64,000 nucleotides of DNA from assembly GCA_030390025.1 (NCBI GenBank), contig CM059432.1, positions 48,610,001 to 48,674,000 of the forward strand, given 5' to 3'. Position 1 is the stretch's first letter; each line of letters begins with the position of its first letter. The stretch comes from Squalus acanthias (lineage: Eukaryota). A program made the position numbers and the translations under genes. The notes below the pieces were generated by a model. The model was given only the letters and a program-made list of their open reading frames with translations. It was not told the DNA's origin and did not search any database. Below are positions 24,795-37,235 of this stretch, one piece after another.

Positions 24795-26543
24795 GGCCGG
24801 AATTTTCCAGGGGGTCAGCGGGCAGGATTGGTGGTGGGTCGGGTGGGAAATTTGATTTTTTTGACAGCGGGTCAGGAATCTGCTGTCAAGCCGCCGCAAG
24901 GCGCCTTTCACAATGGCGCGTGTGCGATCTCCGAACCGATCCGCAGAGGCAGGCGACCCAATTAAACCAATTATTGGGTTGTTGACAGACCCTTAATAAC
25001 GCTTTTAACCTTTCCTTTTAACTTTCACTGCTTGCCCACAGGGTCCACACTGCTCAGGGACCACGTCTGTGAACCTGAGGCGGGAGTTGAATGGCCATTG
25101 CTCCAACTGATTATTTGACAGCTTCAAATGTACAGTAAAAGCTCCCACCTGACAGATCATCACTTTCCTCAGCCACAAGCTGTTTCTCAGTCCATTTCCA
25201 GCACAGATTCTGCAGGCTTTCCACTTTCCACTCTCCATCCACTCTCAACTCATTGGAAGAACTCTCTCACCATTGACAGAATGCTTCTGTCATCTCTACT
25301 TCACCTGCCATCTATTCCATCAACATGGGTGGCCTTTTTACTGTCTCATCTTGGTCCTCAGAATCCAACCACGATCAGCCCCAACACCAGCAGCACCAGG
25401 CACACCAGCAGCACCAACAACACCACCCTTCTCCGTAATCACCTGATGCTGCACAGGACAGAGGGCATCAGCACCCGAGCACATTGCTGCCCGGGAGGTC
25501 AGGATTGGCCTCACCATGGACAGATTTACTTCACTTGACTCTGTATACCCTGGCTGTCACATGGCACGCCAGGTTGGCACCACCCCACCGCAGCACCATA
25601 AAGCATCCCTACAATGTCCAAGCCATTACTTTCACACTCACAACCATTGCGGGGGGTACCCTTATGTCTCATCATTCACTGCAACTCACTAAGCCATTTT
25701 CAAATGTGCACACAAATCTGGCCAAGAACGCAAAGTGTTGAAAATAAAGGTTTCAATGTTTGACAGCACATTAACAGAAACTTTACATGAACATTGGCTA
25801 AAACACCCAAGTGGCTACCCTTGTGTGTTGTTAGTTGGTATGATTGCACTAGGATGAGGGTGAGTGTGAGAGGTGGCTAGTGAGATGAGGATGTGATAAT
25901 GTAGATAGAGGGAGAGGGATGGATGGAGGTGCAAGGTAAGTTGGTGTGAGTAAGGATGTGCAGGAGTAGGGTAGGGAAGGCAGAGTGATGGGGAGGATGA
26001 AGGTGAATGTAGCATTGTACTAATGTTTCATGATCTAATGAGATAATTGAAAGGTTTGCGCCACTGCACCCAGGTCCTCCTGACAACATCCCTGCTTGTG
26101 ACCTCCTCTGCAATGAGCAACCAGACTGTTTTGGTCTGCTGGGGAGGTCTCTTCCGCCCATGGGAAGGGAAGGGGACCTCCCTACATGCTCTGACTCCTT
26201 CCATAAGCATATGGAGGGAGTCATGGGAGAACCTGGGTGCAGCCCTGCATCTCTGTGCAATGATTGTCAGTGTTTACAGCACTTCAATGCTGTAGAACAC
26301 TGACAGCACAAATGTCAAAGAAAGTTGGCCATGATCCCTTTAAGGAAACCAGCTGATGACGCGTCATGAATGACACCATCAGACCCGCTTCCTCCAATTG
26401 GCCCGTGAAACTCGCTGGGCGGGCTTAACAAGTCCTATCAACATAAATTCATTTTCTAGAGCGGGATGGAGTCAGCAGCGGGGCCTCAATCCACCACCGA
26501 CATCGCCCGCCCCAAACCCGCTGAGATGAGGAAAATCCCGGCC
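24795..26543. mobile_element. Internally deleted Harbinger element (paralog of 13048-16237, reversed)
   Basis: TIRs GGCCGGAATTTTCC / GGAAAATCCCGGCC; near-TSD CTT/TTT; Myb exon 1 on the minus strand (KTVWLLIAEEVTSRDVVRRTWVQWRKPFN). Confidence 0.9.
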
Positions 26544-29500
26544 TTTAATTCATTCATTGTGTCATCACTGAAGGATTCAGCACCCCCAGCACAACTTTTT
26601 CAACTTACTGAGATATTCCCTATAATAATTTTAAATTATTTTGCCTTGCCATTTTAATATTGGCCTCTCATCAATGTGAAGTGGTTCAGATGTGCACTTA
26701 CCTGAAAGCAGTGGTGTGACTTGGGAGTTAGTTCAATGACCTGATTCCCAAGTGCACTAAGGACAAGAGGTGTGAGAGGTAAGTTGACTTGTACTGCATA
26801 GGCTTTGCACCAGGTATAGTACAAATCAACCAAGTTGAGAAAGCAGGCTACAAAAGTTCCCAGAGCCATAAGGCTCAGAAGCATTTAAAGAAAATCGGGC
26901 AGGGCGTTTAACGAGCAGCCAATCCGTTACTGCCAGTTTTGTGATCTTGCCGAAGTTGAATTTTATCCCCAATATTTTAAATGTTAGAAGAAAGCCTTTA
27001 CTGCTGCCGATATCTTGCAACTGAAATGTAACCAGCTAGACATGCTTCTTTACTGCTGGAAAGAGTGCAATATGACGCCAAAAGTGTGATTTGGGAACTC
27101 AGGTTTGTTGGCTCTGCATTGCATTGTATAGATATTAGTGTGAAACCAATACATGCAGCAGAAGGTCCCTCTCAGTGCCACAAATGAATGTAGATTTCAG
27201 ACTACTATTTTGTGATGGGATCAACCTATTCCATTGATTAAACTTTCTAATTTATTTCCCTGTACGTTTCTCCTGGCTCAGCCAGCCATATATTTTCTGC
27301 CCCTTCCTAAATCTCTGTCACGGCTCTTCAAACCTTTGCGTTCCTCTCTCTCTCTCCCTATCTTTGGTATCAATTGGAAGAATCCAATCACAGCTTACAA
27401 TCCAAAATGCGCCCTACAAAAACCATTGGCACTTTCCTGCTGAAATAGTATCATTCATTTTGAGTGAATATTAATGACAAATGTCATGCTGCTTGTGTTA
27501 TCCTGATTTTCGTGTCCAGTGGTGCAGTCTGTTATTCCTGGAGGTGCTGAACAGAAACAGGTAAGCTGTCATTTATTAAATTCTACGCTATGTTAAATTT
27601 ATATCAATAAAGGTATAATGCAATAGATTCTATTCATGTTCTTTTATTTAATACTCTGTCCTTATCAATACAAAAGTTCAGATGTTTAAAAACTGTGGGA
27701 ACAGATCGAAGAGCCAACAAATTGAAGAATATCCTGAAGGGTTCCTCAATCATTAACCATAAGCCAAGCTTTTTTTTTGAATGGCCAAAAAGCAAGTTAG
27801 CACTAGTTTTCAATGATCATAAAATTATCTCAATCTCTTTTAATACAACAAATGTTTCAGCTAAACAATCATATATTTTATCCACAAACATATAGAAATT
27901 TAAATCACAAGAAATGAGAATTTGTACACTGTGATTACAGGAATTTCTTAAAGAAATGTTTGCTGATTTATTGGAAAGCTAGTAGAAGCACTTGTCTTCA
28001 AACAGAACTTACACAGGAGCAACCCACAGGTTAAAGCATTTCTATTCATGCAACCACAGGCAGAATAAACTAAAACACTGCAATGTCTTTTTAATCATTT
28101 TTGTGAGCTCCATTTCTGAGGTAGATCTGGAGAACCTGGCAGAAAGGCAATGCCCATCTTAGGTGTCCTTGTCTCAAATCTTTTGCTAATTATTGTACAG
28201 CGAGACGTTTAGAATTAATTTGTGTTAAGCTGCACCAGTGCTGGCCAAGAGTGAGGCATTTTCTCTGTCTTTCTCTACAGGGTAGAAATTACTCTTGCTG
28301 CTGTTATTGTAAGAATACTTAAAGTGTTTGTGTTAAATTCCATTCTATGCTGTTTAAATGGAGGCATTAACCTGGTTGTTTTAAGTGGGTTAATGCCTTC
28401 ATTATAATAGTGGAGAGAGAATTGGAAAAACTTCCCAAATCGTAGCAGGATCAACCCTGTGCGAATATATGGGATGCTTTTCTCTTTTCATCGTTGTTTT
28501 TAATTTTTTAGCCTGTCACTATTTTCTCTGCCATTTCCTAGCTCCATCCCCATTATCAAGAGCATGGGCCATATCTGAAAAACATACATTGTGAATGCAG
28601 AATAAGTGAAAGCAAGGTAATAGAATGGAATGTTATATCCTGCTTGTGCAAGGGACCTAAGTGCCATTGTAGTTTTGCTTACTATTACTGTATTGTGAGT
28701 TATTTATGGCTCACCTTATACAGTATTAACATATCATTCTATTTTTCTTAAGTTTAAAAGTTTTAAAAAGTTTGAGTTTCCAAGCTATCACATGAAAACA
28801 ATAGCTACTATCATAATATCTGTTGTAGGTCAAGAACAGACAATGTTGAAAACAAAACATCATGTAGATGATTATCTGAATGAGAAAGATAGTCCGATAT
28901 TTCATCAGAAGAGTAACCCAACTTTTTCTTCAAATGCTGATCAACCTGCTACACATTGCCAGCACTTTCGAACTTCCATCTTTCACATTCTTATCATTTC
29001 AAGAGTATAGTAAAGCATTGCTTAATGGGAAAATTCCCATATCAGCAGGAACAAAGCAATCTCCATTCTAATGTTCTTTTTGCAGCCTGGTGGACAATTT
29101 CATCACCAACTAAAAAGAGCACCAGCTGCAGATGAAGGTTTATTAATTATTGGCTAGCAGCTAGGGTTTTTGCTGCGGGATTTATATCGTAATTTATATA
29201 CATTTTTTCATGAAGTAAATGAATCATCATAAGCAATGGTAAATCTACTGCACATCAGAAAACCTGGGGCCATATTCAGAACAGGCTTAGGCAGCATCTG
29301 TGGAGAGAGAAACAGAGTTAATGGCGGAATCTTTACCTGAGCGTTGGGGCGGGTGCGTACGGGCTGCCATCGCAAACTTTTTAACAACGCGTTCTGCACC
29401 GTGCGTTTAACTTAATTACATCAATTGAAACATGTGGGTTTCCTGGCCGAATTAAATGGAGCGGGTCTGCTGATGTCACCGATGACTCGTTTTCAGCTCG

Positions 29501-29609
29501 GACATTTAAAGCAGCCTTGCACACATCCCAGTTGAAGGTTGTTGGAGGAGAGATAAAGGTGGTTGGGAGAGGTGGAAATTGCTGGCAATCACAGAGATTT
29601 GTGTGGGTC

Positions 29610-31224
29610 ATGGAGTCACACTGACAGAAGGCTGCGCCCAGATTCACTTGATGCCTCCCTGGAAGTCCCTGTCCAGGGAGTCAGAGCACGCAGGGAGGTC
29701 CTGTTCTCTGGGGATGGGTGAAAAAGAGCAGCCAGAGACACCAAGAAGGCATGGCTGGAGATCATAGGAACATAAGAACAGGAGTAGGCCATTGAGCCCC
29801 TCGAGCCTGTTCCGCCATTCAATGAGATCATGGCTGCTCCGTGACCTAACTCCAAATACCCGCCTTTGGCCCATATCCCTTAATACCTTTGGTTAACAAA
29901 AAGCTATCAATCTCAGATTTAAAATTAACAATTGATCTAGCATCATTTGCCGTTTGCGGAAGAAAGTTCCAAACTTCTACCACCCTTTGATCGTGGAGGT
30001 CAGCAGCAGGGATGTTGTAAGGCGGTCCTGGATCCAGTGCCGGAAAAGATTTAATGATCTCATGAGGTCAGGAAAGGTGAGTGCAATGCCACATTCAACT
30101 ACATCCTAATGTGCGTGCCACCCCAACCCCATCACTCTGCCTTCCCAAGCTTACTCCTGTACTCACATCCCCATCTGACTAACCACCACTGACACTCACC
30201 CTCATCTTAATGCAATCATAGGAAGTAACGCCACAGAAGAAAGCCATTTGGAAATGTCATGCCACTCCCTCATTGTGACCCTCTACAGATGTAGCCCATC
30301 CATTCCTTACACTCATTCCATCACTCTCACTCAAAGTTCTCTTCTTTTCATCCTTGCAGGAGAAGAGAGTCCAGACCAACAGGGAGAGACAAAAAACTGG
30401 AGGTGGCCCTCCAATGTTCACCAACTTGAGTCCAGCAGAGGAGGAGGTGCTTCAAATCACCAGAGTTGCGAAGCTGCTGGCGGTGGGAGATGGAGAAAGG
30501 GGGACCTCCCAGCAACCTGGTGACAGAATTAAATCTCATAAACCCACATGGCATACAACAGTCACTCATGGTGACTTGATGTCAGCAGCCAGTGAAATGC
30601 CATCATTTACATAATGGTAACATTACACATTCTTATCATAAGACTTCTAAGTCATGTCTTTACCCTCCCACAGGTCCATCAAGTACCCCCCCCCACCCAC
30701 CACTGTCCAGCCTGAGGAGGAAGATGACTCATCAGAGGAAGCTCCACTCTGAGGGTGCACTGTCACCAAACCCATACGCACCCAGCACCATCGCAGATAC
30801 ACGCACCTCGGTGGGTCCAGCGAGACATAGAGTAGTGTTGTCACCTGGTGTCTCACAGTTCACAAGCTAGCAAGAGCAGATGGTGGAGACAGGGACAGCA
30901 GTGGAGACTCCTCGCCGGAGGGCGCAGGACGCTGCCAGCTCTGCTCAGCTGCATGTAGACGCTGAACCTCGGGAGCCATCGAGAAAGAGGGTGATCTTGG
31001 AGAAGCAGCAACAAATGCACGAGGCTCTGGCAGCTTTTGCAGCCACGATGTGTGTGAGTGTACAGAGAATGGAGGAGTCCATCTCCAACATGAGCATCAC
31101 CATCTCGCAGGCGATGGCGACGATGTGCTGTTCCATGGAAAGCTTGGCCACCTGCATGGAGCAGCAAATGCGCCAGTCGAACGAGAACATGCCTGCTGTG
31201 GACAAGATTGTAGACACTCATTGA
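29610..31224 (+). pseudogene. Harbinger Myb/SANT-like gene, 3 exons, interrupted by CR1
   Basis: AAPRF; WIQCRKRFNDLMRSGK then GTGAGT; TTGCAG then EKRVQTNRERQKTGGG; GTGACAG donor; third exon similar to element 1. Confidence 0.8.
29762..29988 (-). mobile_element. CR1 3' tail fragment
   Basis: CR1 3'UTR and tail repeat, flanked by GATC(A/G)T. Confidence 0.8.
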
Positions 31225-31269
31225 CCTCATCTTGACGAGGGATACCAACTGCTCCTCAGCTCCTTGCTA

Positions 31270-32461
31270 GCAAGGAAGTACGGGTGGCCCATGGGAAGGA
31301 TATGCAATGTGCACCGCTGCTGGTGCCATCTCCATCTCAGGTTTCTCCTCCTCTTCCTCCTCGTGTTCCACCTGTTCCTCCTCCTCCTCCAAAGAGGCTG
31401 TGTGTTCTGCGCTTTGCTCCTCCTGCAGCTCCAATCCTCGCTGCTGCGCTCTGTTGTGAAGCTCGCAGCATACGACGATGATTCTGGAGACCCTGGCTGG
31501 TCCGTATTGTAGGGCTCCTCCAGATCTGTCAAGGCATCTGAAGCGCATCTTCAGCATGTCGATTGCTTGCTCTATGACACATCTGATGGACATGTGGCTG
31601 TCATTATAGTGCTCCTCGACCTCATTGCTTGGCCTCCTCAACGGTGTCATCAACCACGTCTTCAGTGGATAGCCCTTGTCTCCAAGGAACCATCCAGTAA
31701 GTCTGTTTGGAGGTGCGAAGAGCTGAGGGAGGGTGGACTGGTGCAGCATGAAAGAGTCATGACAGCTGCCAGGGAATCTGGCACACACATGCATGATAAT
31801 CTTTTTATGGGTGCAGCATTGAGGGAGTGAAAGCCCTTGTGGTTCACAAACACTCCTGGGTGATGTGGGGGTGCCTTGATGGCCACATGTGTGCAGTCAA
31901 TGATGCCCTGCACCTGTGGGAAGCCAGCCAGAGCTGCAAAGCCGAGCGCCTGCTTAGTAACACTGGCTTCATCAGTGGCAAAGTTTACATAATTGGCTGA
32001 CATGTGAAACATGGCATCAGTCACCTGGGTGATACATCTGTGGGTGGCCGACTGAGAGATCCAGCAAATGTCTGCTGCAGATCCCTGGAAGGAGCCTGAG
32101 GTGAAGAAGTTGAGGTCGGTGATGACTTTGACAGCCACTGGTAAGGCATGTCCACCAGGTCCTCTGGGCAGCAGGTCTTGCTCCAGCAATCTGCAAATGT
32201 CTGCGATGACCTGACGCGATAGCCTGAGCCTCCTGAAGCACTGCTGCTCCGTCATGTTGAGGAAGCTGATCCTCTGCCTGTATACCCTGTGTTGGGAGTA
32301 TTGCCTCTGGCGCAGTGCACCCCTGTGCTGACCCCCTCTCTCCTGTGGAGCATCAGGTCAGTGAGGAGAAGGCTGCTGCTGCTGCTGCTGGTGTGGCTGG
32401 TGCTGAGGCTCATCTTAGTCCCATTCTGAGGTCCAAGGTGAGACAGCATAAGCGGCACCCA
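31270..32461 (-). pseudogene. Harbinger DDE transposase, frameshifted
   Basis: [52 protein letters not shown]. Confidence 0.92.
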
Positions 32462-32951
32462 TGCTAATCTAATAGATGCCAGGAGATCAGAGGCACAATC
32501 CTCCAATGTACTGGGAGTGACTAGCAATGTGGTGAGAGTGGCTTCATAGGTTCCAGAAATCACCTGCAAACTCCTGAAAGCTAAATCTCTGCACCAAATG
32601 GTGTCAGCAAGAGCCTTTCCATTAGGCGAGGAAGCAGGGGTAAGGTGTGAATATTTATGTGCTTTTTCCAGCTGTCACTTAATGAACTCGCACAATGGCC
32701 ACTGAGCTTCCGCCTCCCCTTCACAACCAGTTAAAGTTCAAACCTTACGTTAAAAAGGCAGTTAAGGGTCTGTAAATGAGCAGTTACGTACCTCAATGAG
32801 GTCGCCCGTGTCTCCTGAGCCTCAAAATGCGCCCGAGTTAAAGACAGAAGTCGACGGGATGACGGCAGGTTACCGACGCGGTCAAATTCTGCGCTTTTAA
32901 CCGCCGACCCGTCCCCAAACCCACACACTCTCCAATGTGAAAATTCCGGCC

Positions 32952-33078
32952 AATGTTTCAGGTCCAAAGGTCATCGACCTGAAACGTTAACTCTGTTTCT
33001 CTCTCCACAGATACTGAGTATTTCCAGCATTTTCTGTTTTTATTTCAGATTTCCAGCACCCGCAGTGTTTTGCTTTTG
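32952..33078 (+). repeat. Penelope-like short repeat; inverted partner at 29290-29322 plus 32955-32964
   Basis: AGGTCATCGACCTGAAACGTTAACTCTGTTTCTCTCTCCACAGA...; same family as 60590-60924. Confidence 0.75.
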
Positions 33079-34138
33079 TGCTAAACAAGCTTTTATGATT
33101 AAAACCAAATAAGTACTTTTGGTTCAGATGGATTTTTTTGTTCAATAATTTTTTTCTCAAAACACATCATTAGCTAAAAGTGTTTTTTATTTAGATTGTG
33201 AAATACCACATAATGATAATTTAAAACATTTTACAGCACCTTGCAATGATTTGGGGAATTCAGTTACTAATTGATGTCTCAAAGCCTATTTTTAAAAATA
33301 GGTCATTTGTGTCTTTATTTTGTTATTCTTTCACATAGAGCCTACATGAATCTCTGAAGGCAACAGACAATGACTGACATTGCTGAGAGTGAGAGATGGA
33401 AGATTTGCTTTATATGGTTGAGCTTTCTTTCTACTTTATCATCAATTTAAACTGGTTAAAAATATCACTGAAAATTGCAACATTTTTATATTTGAAACAA
33501 TTTATTTTTCTCACACTATTGAAGGCTACTTTCCAAAAGGTTTTATGTGGTTAAGATAAAATGAAATAAAAGCAAAACTGAATGTTAGCATAAATCACTT
33601 TAAATCCTGTCTGTAATATATTCCTTCCTCGGTACTCAGCCTCTGCAAATATGTGCTCACTGGATGCACTTAACAGGCATGGCAACGTTTGGGAGCTGGC
33701 CTCGTGGGTAGGGGAGGGAAATAGATGTGATTACCACCACAGTATAGTGTGGTAATCTCCTGCATTGTCTAGTGCAATCATTCACTATTATAAACTGCAC
33801 TAGGCAAGTCAACCCTTTCATTTTTTAACATATCCTCTGTCTTGCTTGATGCCAAGAATGCAATGAGATTCAGCATTGCTAAGGTATTCATGACAGGAAA
33901 CATGTTGGACGATGTCTTCCTTTTATTACCCTGTAACTTTCATACATATTTACCGCCCACCATTATCTCGAAGGACAAAAGTGGTGGGAGGCATTGAGGA
34001 GCCAGTGAAATGGCTCCCTGCCACAATTCCTGCTCCCGCCCATTCCAAAACTGCCCCAAAATTGGTGTAAATACAGAAGAAAATCTGGGTCAATATCTCA
34101 AGACAGAATTTATTTGTCAGACTTTTGCGTGAATTTTT

Positions 34139-34325
34139 CGGAGCAAATTAACCTAACCCGTCCGTTGGGAAATTGACGGGATCGGGTGCAACGCTGGTTT
34201 TACACCCTGCCCGGTTTTACTCTCCATTGAAGTCAATGGATAGTAATATTGGGAAGGGTGTAAAACTAGCATTCCCCCTGATCCCATGGGTTTCCTGATG
34301 GGCGGATAAGGTTAAAACTACCCCC
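34139..34325. mobile_element. Palindromic (fold-back) MITE
   Basis: Imperfect whole-length inverted repeat centred on CCATTGAAGTCAATGG, with arms such as GTTTTACACCCT / AGGGTGTAAAAC. Confidence 0.7.
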
Positions 34326-36432
34326 AATCTTTAAAGTCAGTAATAACATTATTTCAAGAATATGACCCCTGGATTTCCCCGTTATTCTTTGTTAATGCAA
34401 ACATAAACTTTTAATATAACCCATATTTCCCATTCAAGAAACAAAGATTATAATTAGGTGTAGTTTGTGCATGATCGGTCAGATCACGCAATTACTCTAA
34501 CACACTTAAAGCCAAGACCACATTACAACTTCAAACATCACTCAAACCTGAAAACAAGGTTTGACAATTAATCAACATGCTGATATCAAAATAACTTTAT
34601 CTCATTACTATACGAGTATAATTTTTGTTAAGATTCCTTTACAGAGCCATGTTAATTTATCATAGGCTACATGTAAAAGAGATACATGTGTTTTTGTCAC
34701 ATTTAAAATACTGAGAATATATGTTTAAAAAAAATTCCTCCACAGTTATGGCTATGGAAATCCAATAAGCATACAAACTGGACAGAATTTAAACCTGATG
34801 AAAGTTTCTCCCTTGCAGGTCACAAATGTAATCTCCAACAAAGATGAAGTAACTCCCATGTAGGATTGACTATCAGTCTTAATATTTGTTACATCTTTTC
34901 TTCAGTTGTTGCTCAAGGTGATACCTTATTCCAGATGTCACCCGTTCCATCCTCATCAACCACTATGTCTCCTTCAGTTTGTTTTAACTGCAAAATACCA
35001 ATGAGACAAATGAGTGCTTGTTTTAGTCAGGGCACCACATAATTCAACAAAAGCACAAACACACAAAAATTCACAGGTTTCAATGAAAACCTTTCAAACA
35101 GTTTGACAGCACTGCTTTCAAAAAGAAATGCTTGGTCCAATGAAAAATTGCAGCCAAACATTTTAAACAAAATAAATCAGTGGCAGCCACAATCCCTTGT
35201 TATAAATATTTAGCCCTTAATGTTTGCTTCCAAATCTGAAAAAATCACTACATCTGATTTCAGACAGACTGTCTGTTGATGGAGGGAAGCTGTTGTAGGT
35301 AGCTATTTTCCTTCAGTTAAATTATTTTTTAATCCCTTGTCCTGACAGCTATCCATTTTCTAGGCTCAGAAGCTCAGCAAATGATCAAGCTAAGCATTAA
35401 AGTTCTTCTTGTTGTTTCCAACCTATACTTCATCATTTGAAATGGGATAACATCTTAATCTTCATATCTGGACATCTGAGGGCTGAAATTCCACAGCCCG
35501 GGGTGGGTGGTGGGGGGCACCATTATCTGGACAGGTGGGGGAAGAATTTGGGGCAGGACCTGTGTACATTGAGTCCATGCCCTTTTTGACCCATCAGAAA
35601 TTCTGCAAGTTTTAGGAGCAGGCACATAATACACCAGCTCACAAATGGGCAGGTGTGTTGTGACGCGTATTTCTCTCAGTTAGGCCTTAATACATACTGG
35701 GTGCAAGAGACACCTGTACATCATTGAAGTCCAGCGTTGCTTAGGGTTTGGGGGGATTTAAAGCTCAAGGTGAATTTTCTGTAAAGCAATCGATTGCAGA
35801 GCAAAGTGACACAGTGAAATCCCTCCCCCACCTCAGGCTGGCACCCCAATTGCAGGAAGAATGGAGCAGGCGGTCTTCAGAATTACCAAGTGGAGTGATG
35901 ATCGGTGCAGCTGATCTACCAATTCAGTCAGTCATCATAGCCAGCCTGGTCATAATACCATAAGACCTTGCCATTATTCTTACTCTGTGGCAGCTTCCAC
36001 AGCTCTAAGGTGCAAGTTCATCGAGGTGACGTTAAGTCGGCGTGTGATGTTACCCACTCTTAATTTACAGTTCCAGGGCCAACGCATCTGTCGCCGAGTC
36101 CCGCGCCAGATCGCACGAAAACTCGTGACAGTAAGTGGGCCAATTTCTAGGCCATAAGCTGCAATCAACAGAGCCACTATTATTTCAGGGAATATCGATG
36201 GACAATTAGGGATGGGAAATAAATGCAGCTTTTCCAGTGCCAGCCAGACAAGAAAATTTTTTTTAAAAAATTAATGGCCAGACGGAGAACTAGACTGGAC
36301 TAGGGTTCCAGAGATACCGTCTTGATTCATCACTTATATTATCAGTCTAAAATCCAGGAGTCACAGCTCAAAACAATATAATGAGGCACAACTTCTTCCA
36401 GTTCTGTAGAAAGGTCATCAACCTGAAACATT

Positions 36433-36974
36433 GGCCCTGATATTGACAGGGATGAGTTTTGTAAGTGGGGCGGGTGAGGTCATTCGGTCGGGAGACCTGG
36501 AAGTCCGGGTTTCGCCGCATGCTGTGGCGTTTTAACCGACCCCGAGTTGGGTCCAATCCCAAGGGGAGGGGGTCCGGGACCCCGGGGGTGGGGGGAACTC
36601 TGATCTCCGGGGAGCGTTGGCAGGGAAGAAGGTAAGCATGGGCGGCGGGCGGTGGGGGGGGAAGTATTCCTGCTCCTCCTCGCCCACAAGCAGTGCTGTA
36701 AAGCCATTTACCTTTTCCCCAAAGTTGTTCTCGCCTCCCTTGAGCTGCAGGGTTAAAGCTGTAAGACAGGTTAAATGTGAGGCTCGCAGCCTCATTATAT
36801 TTAAATGGCCAACCTGTCCCCTGAGAGCGGTTTGGCTGCTCGCCCCCTGTCCCGCCTCCGTTAAACCCGGAATGGGCGGGTTGGAGGCGGGTTGGGATCA
36901 GGCTTGAGATTTAAAAAATTTTAACATCTCACCCGACCCCAACCCACCGGTTTTTGGGGGTTAAAATGACTCCC
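36433..36974. mobile_element. Harbinger-type MITE inserted in a Penelope-like repeat
   Basis: Termini GGCCCTGATATT...TTAAAATGACTCCC; near-TSD ATT/GTT; host repeat continuous across it; similar to 57804-58719. Confidence 0.8.
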
Positions 36975-37067
36975 GTTAACTCTGTTTCTTTCCCCACAGA
37001 TGCTGCCGGACCTGATTTTCTCTTTTTATTTCAGATTTCCAGCATCTGCAGTATTTTGCTTTTGCTT

Positions 37068-37235
37068 AAATGAGTCACAGGCCTGTGTAAGGATAGAGCA
37101 TACCATTGGCAAGCTGACGCAACGATTTTGCTCTTTGGACATGTCGGAGGGAGTTCTATCATACAGCCTCGCAAAGGTATCCAAAATGATAGTAATGCGC
37201 TGCGTACGACACAATTATGCTCTCAGAAGATTGCA
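37068..37235 (+). pseudogene. Old Harbinger transposase C-terminal fragment
   Basis: IEHTIGKLTQRFCSLD...CVRHNYA, homologous to the IEQTIGLLK...CCALHN region. Confidence 0.65.

Larger units (their letters stand above)
29323..32951. mobile_element. Harbinger transposon 3 (two-gene, central deletion)
   Basis: TIRs GGCGGAATCTTTAC / GTGAAAATTCCGGCC; TSD AAT (29320-29322/32952-32954). Confidence 0.9.
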
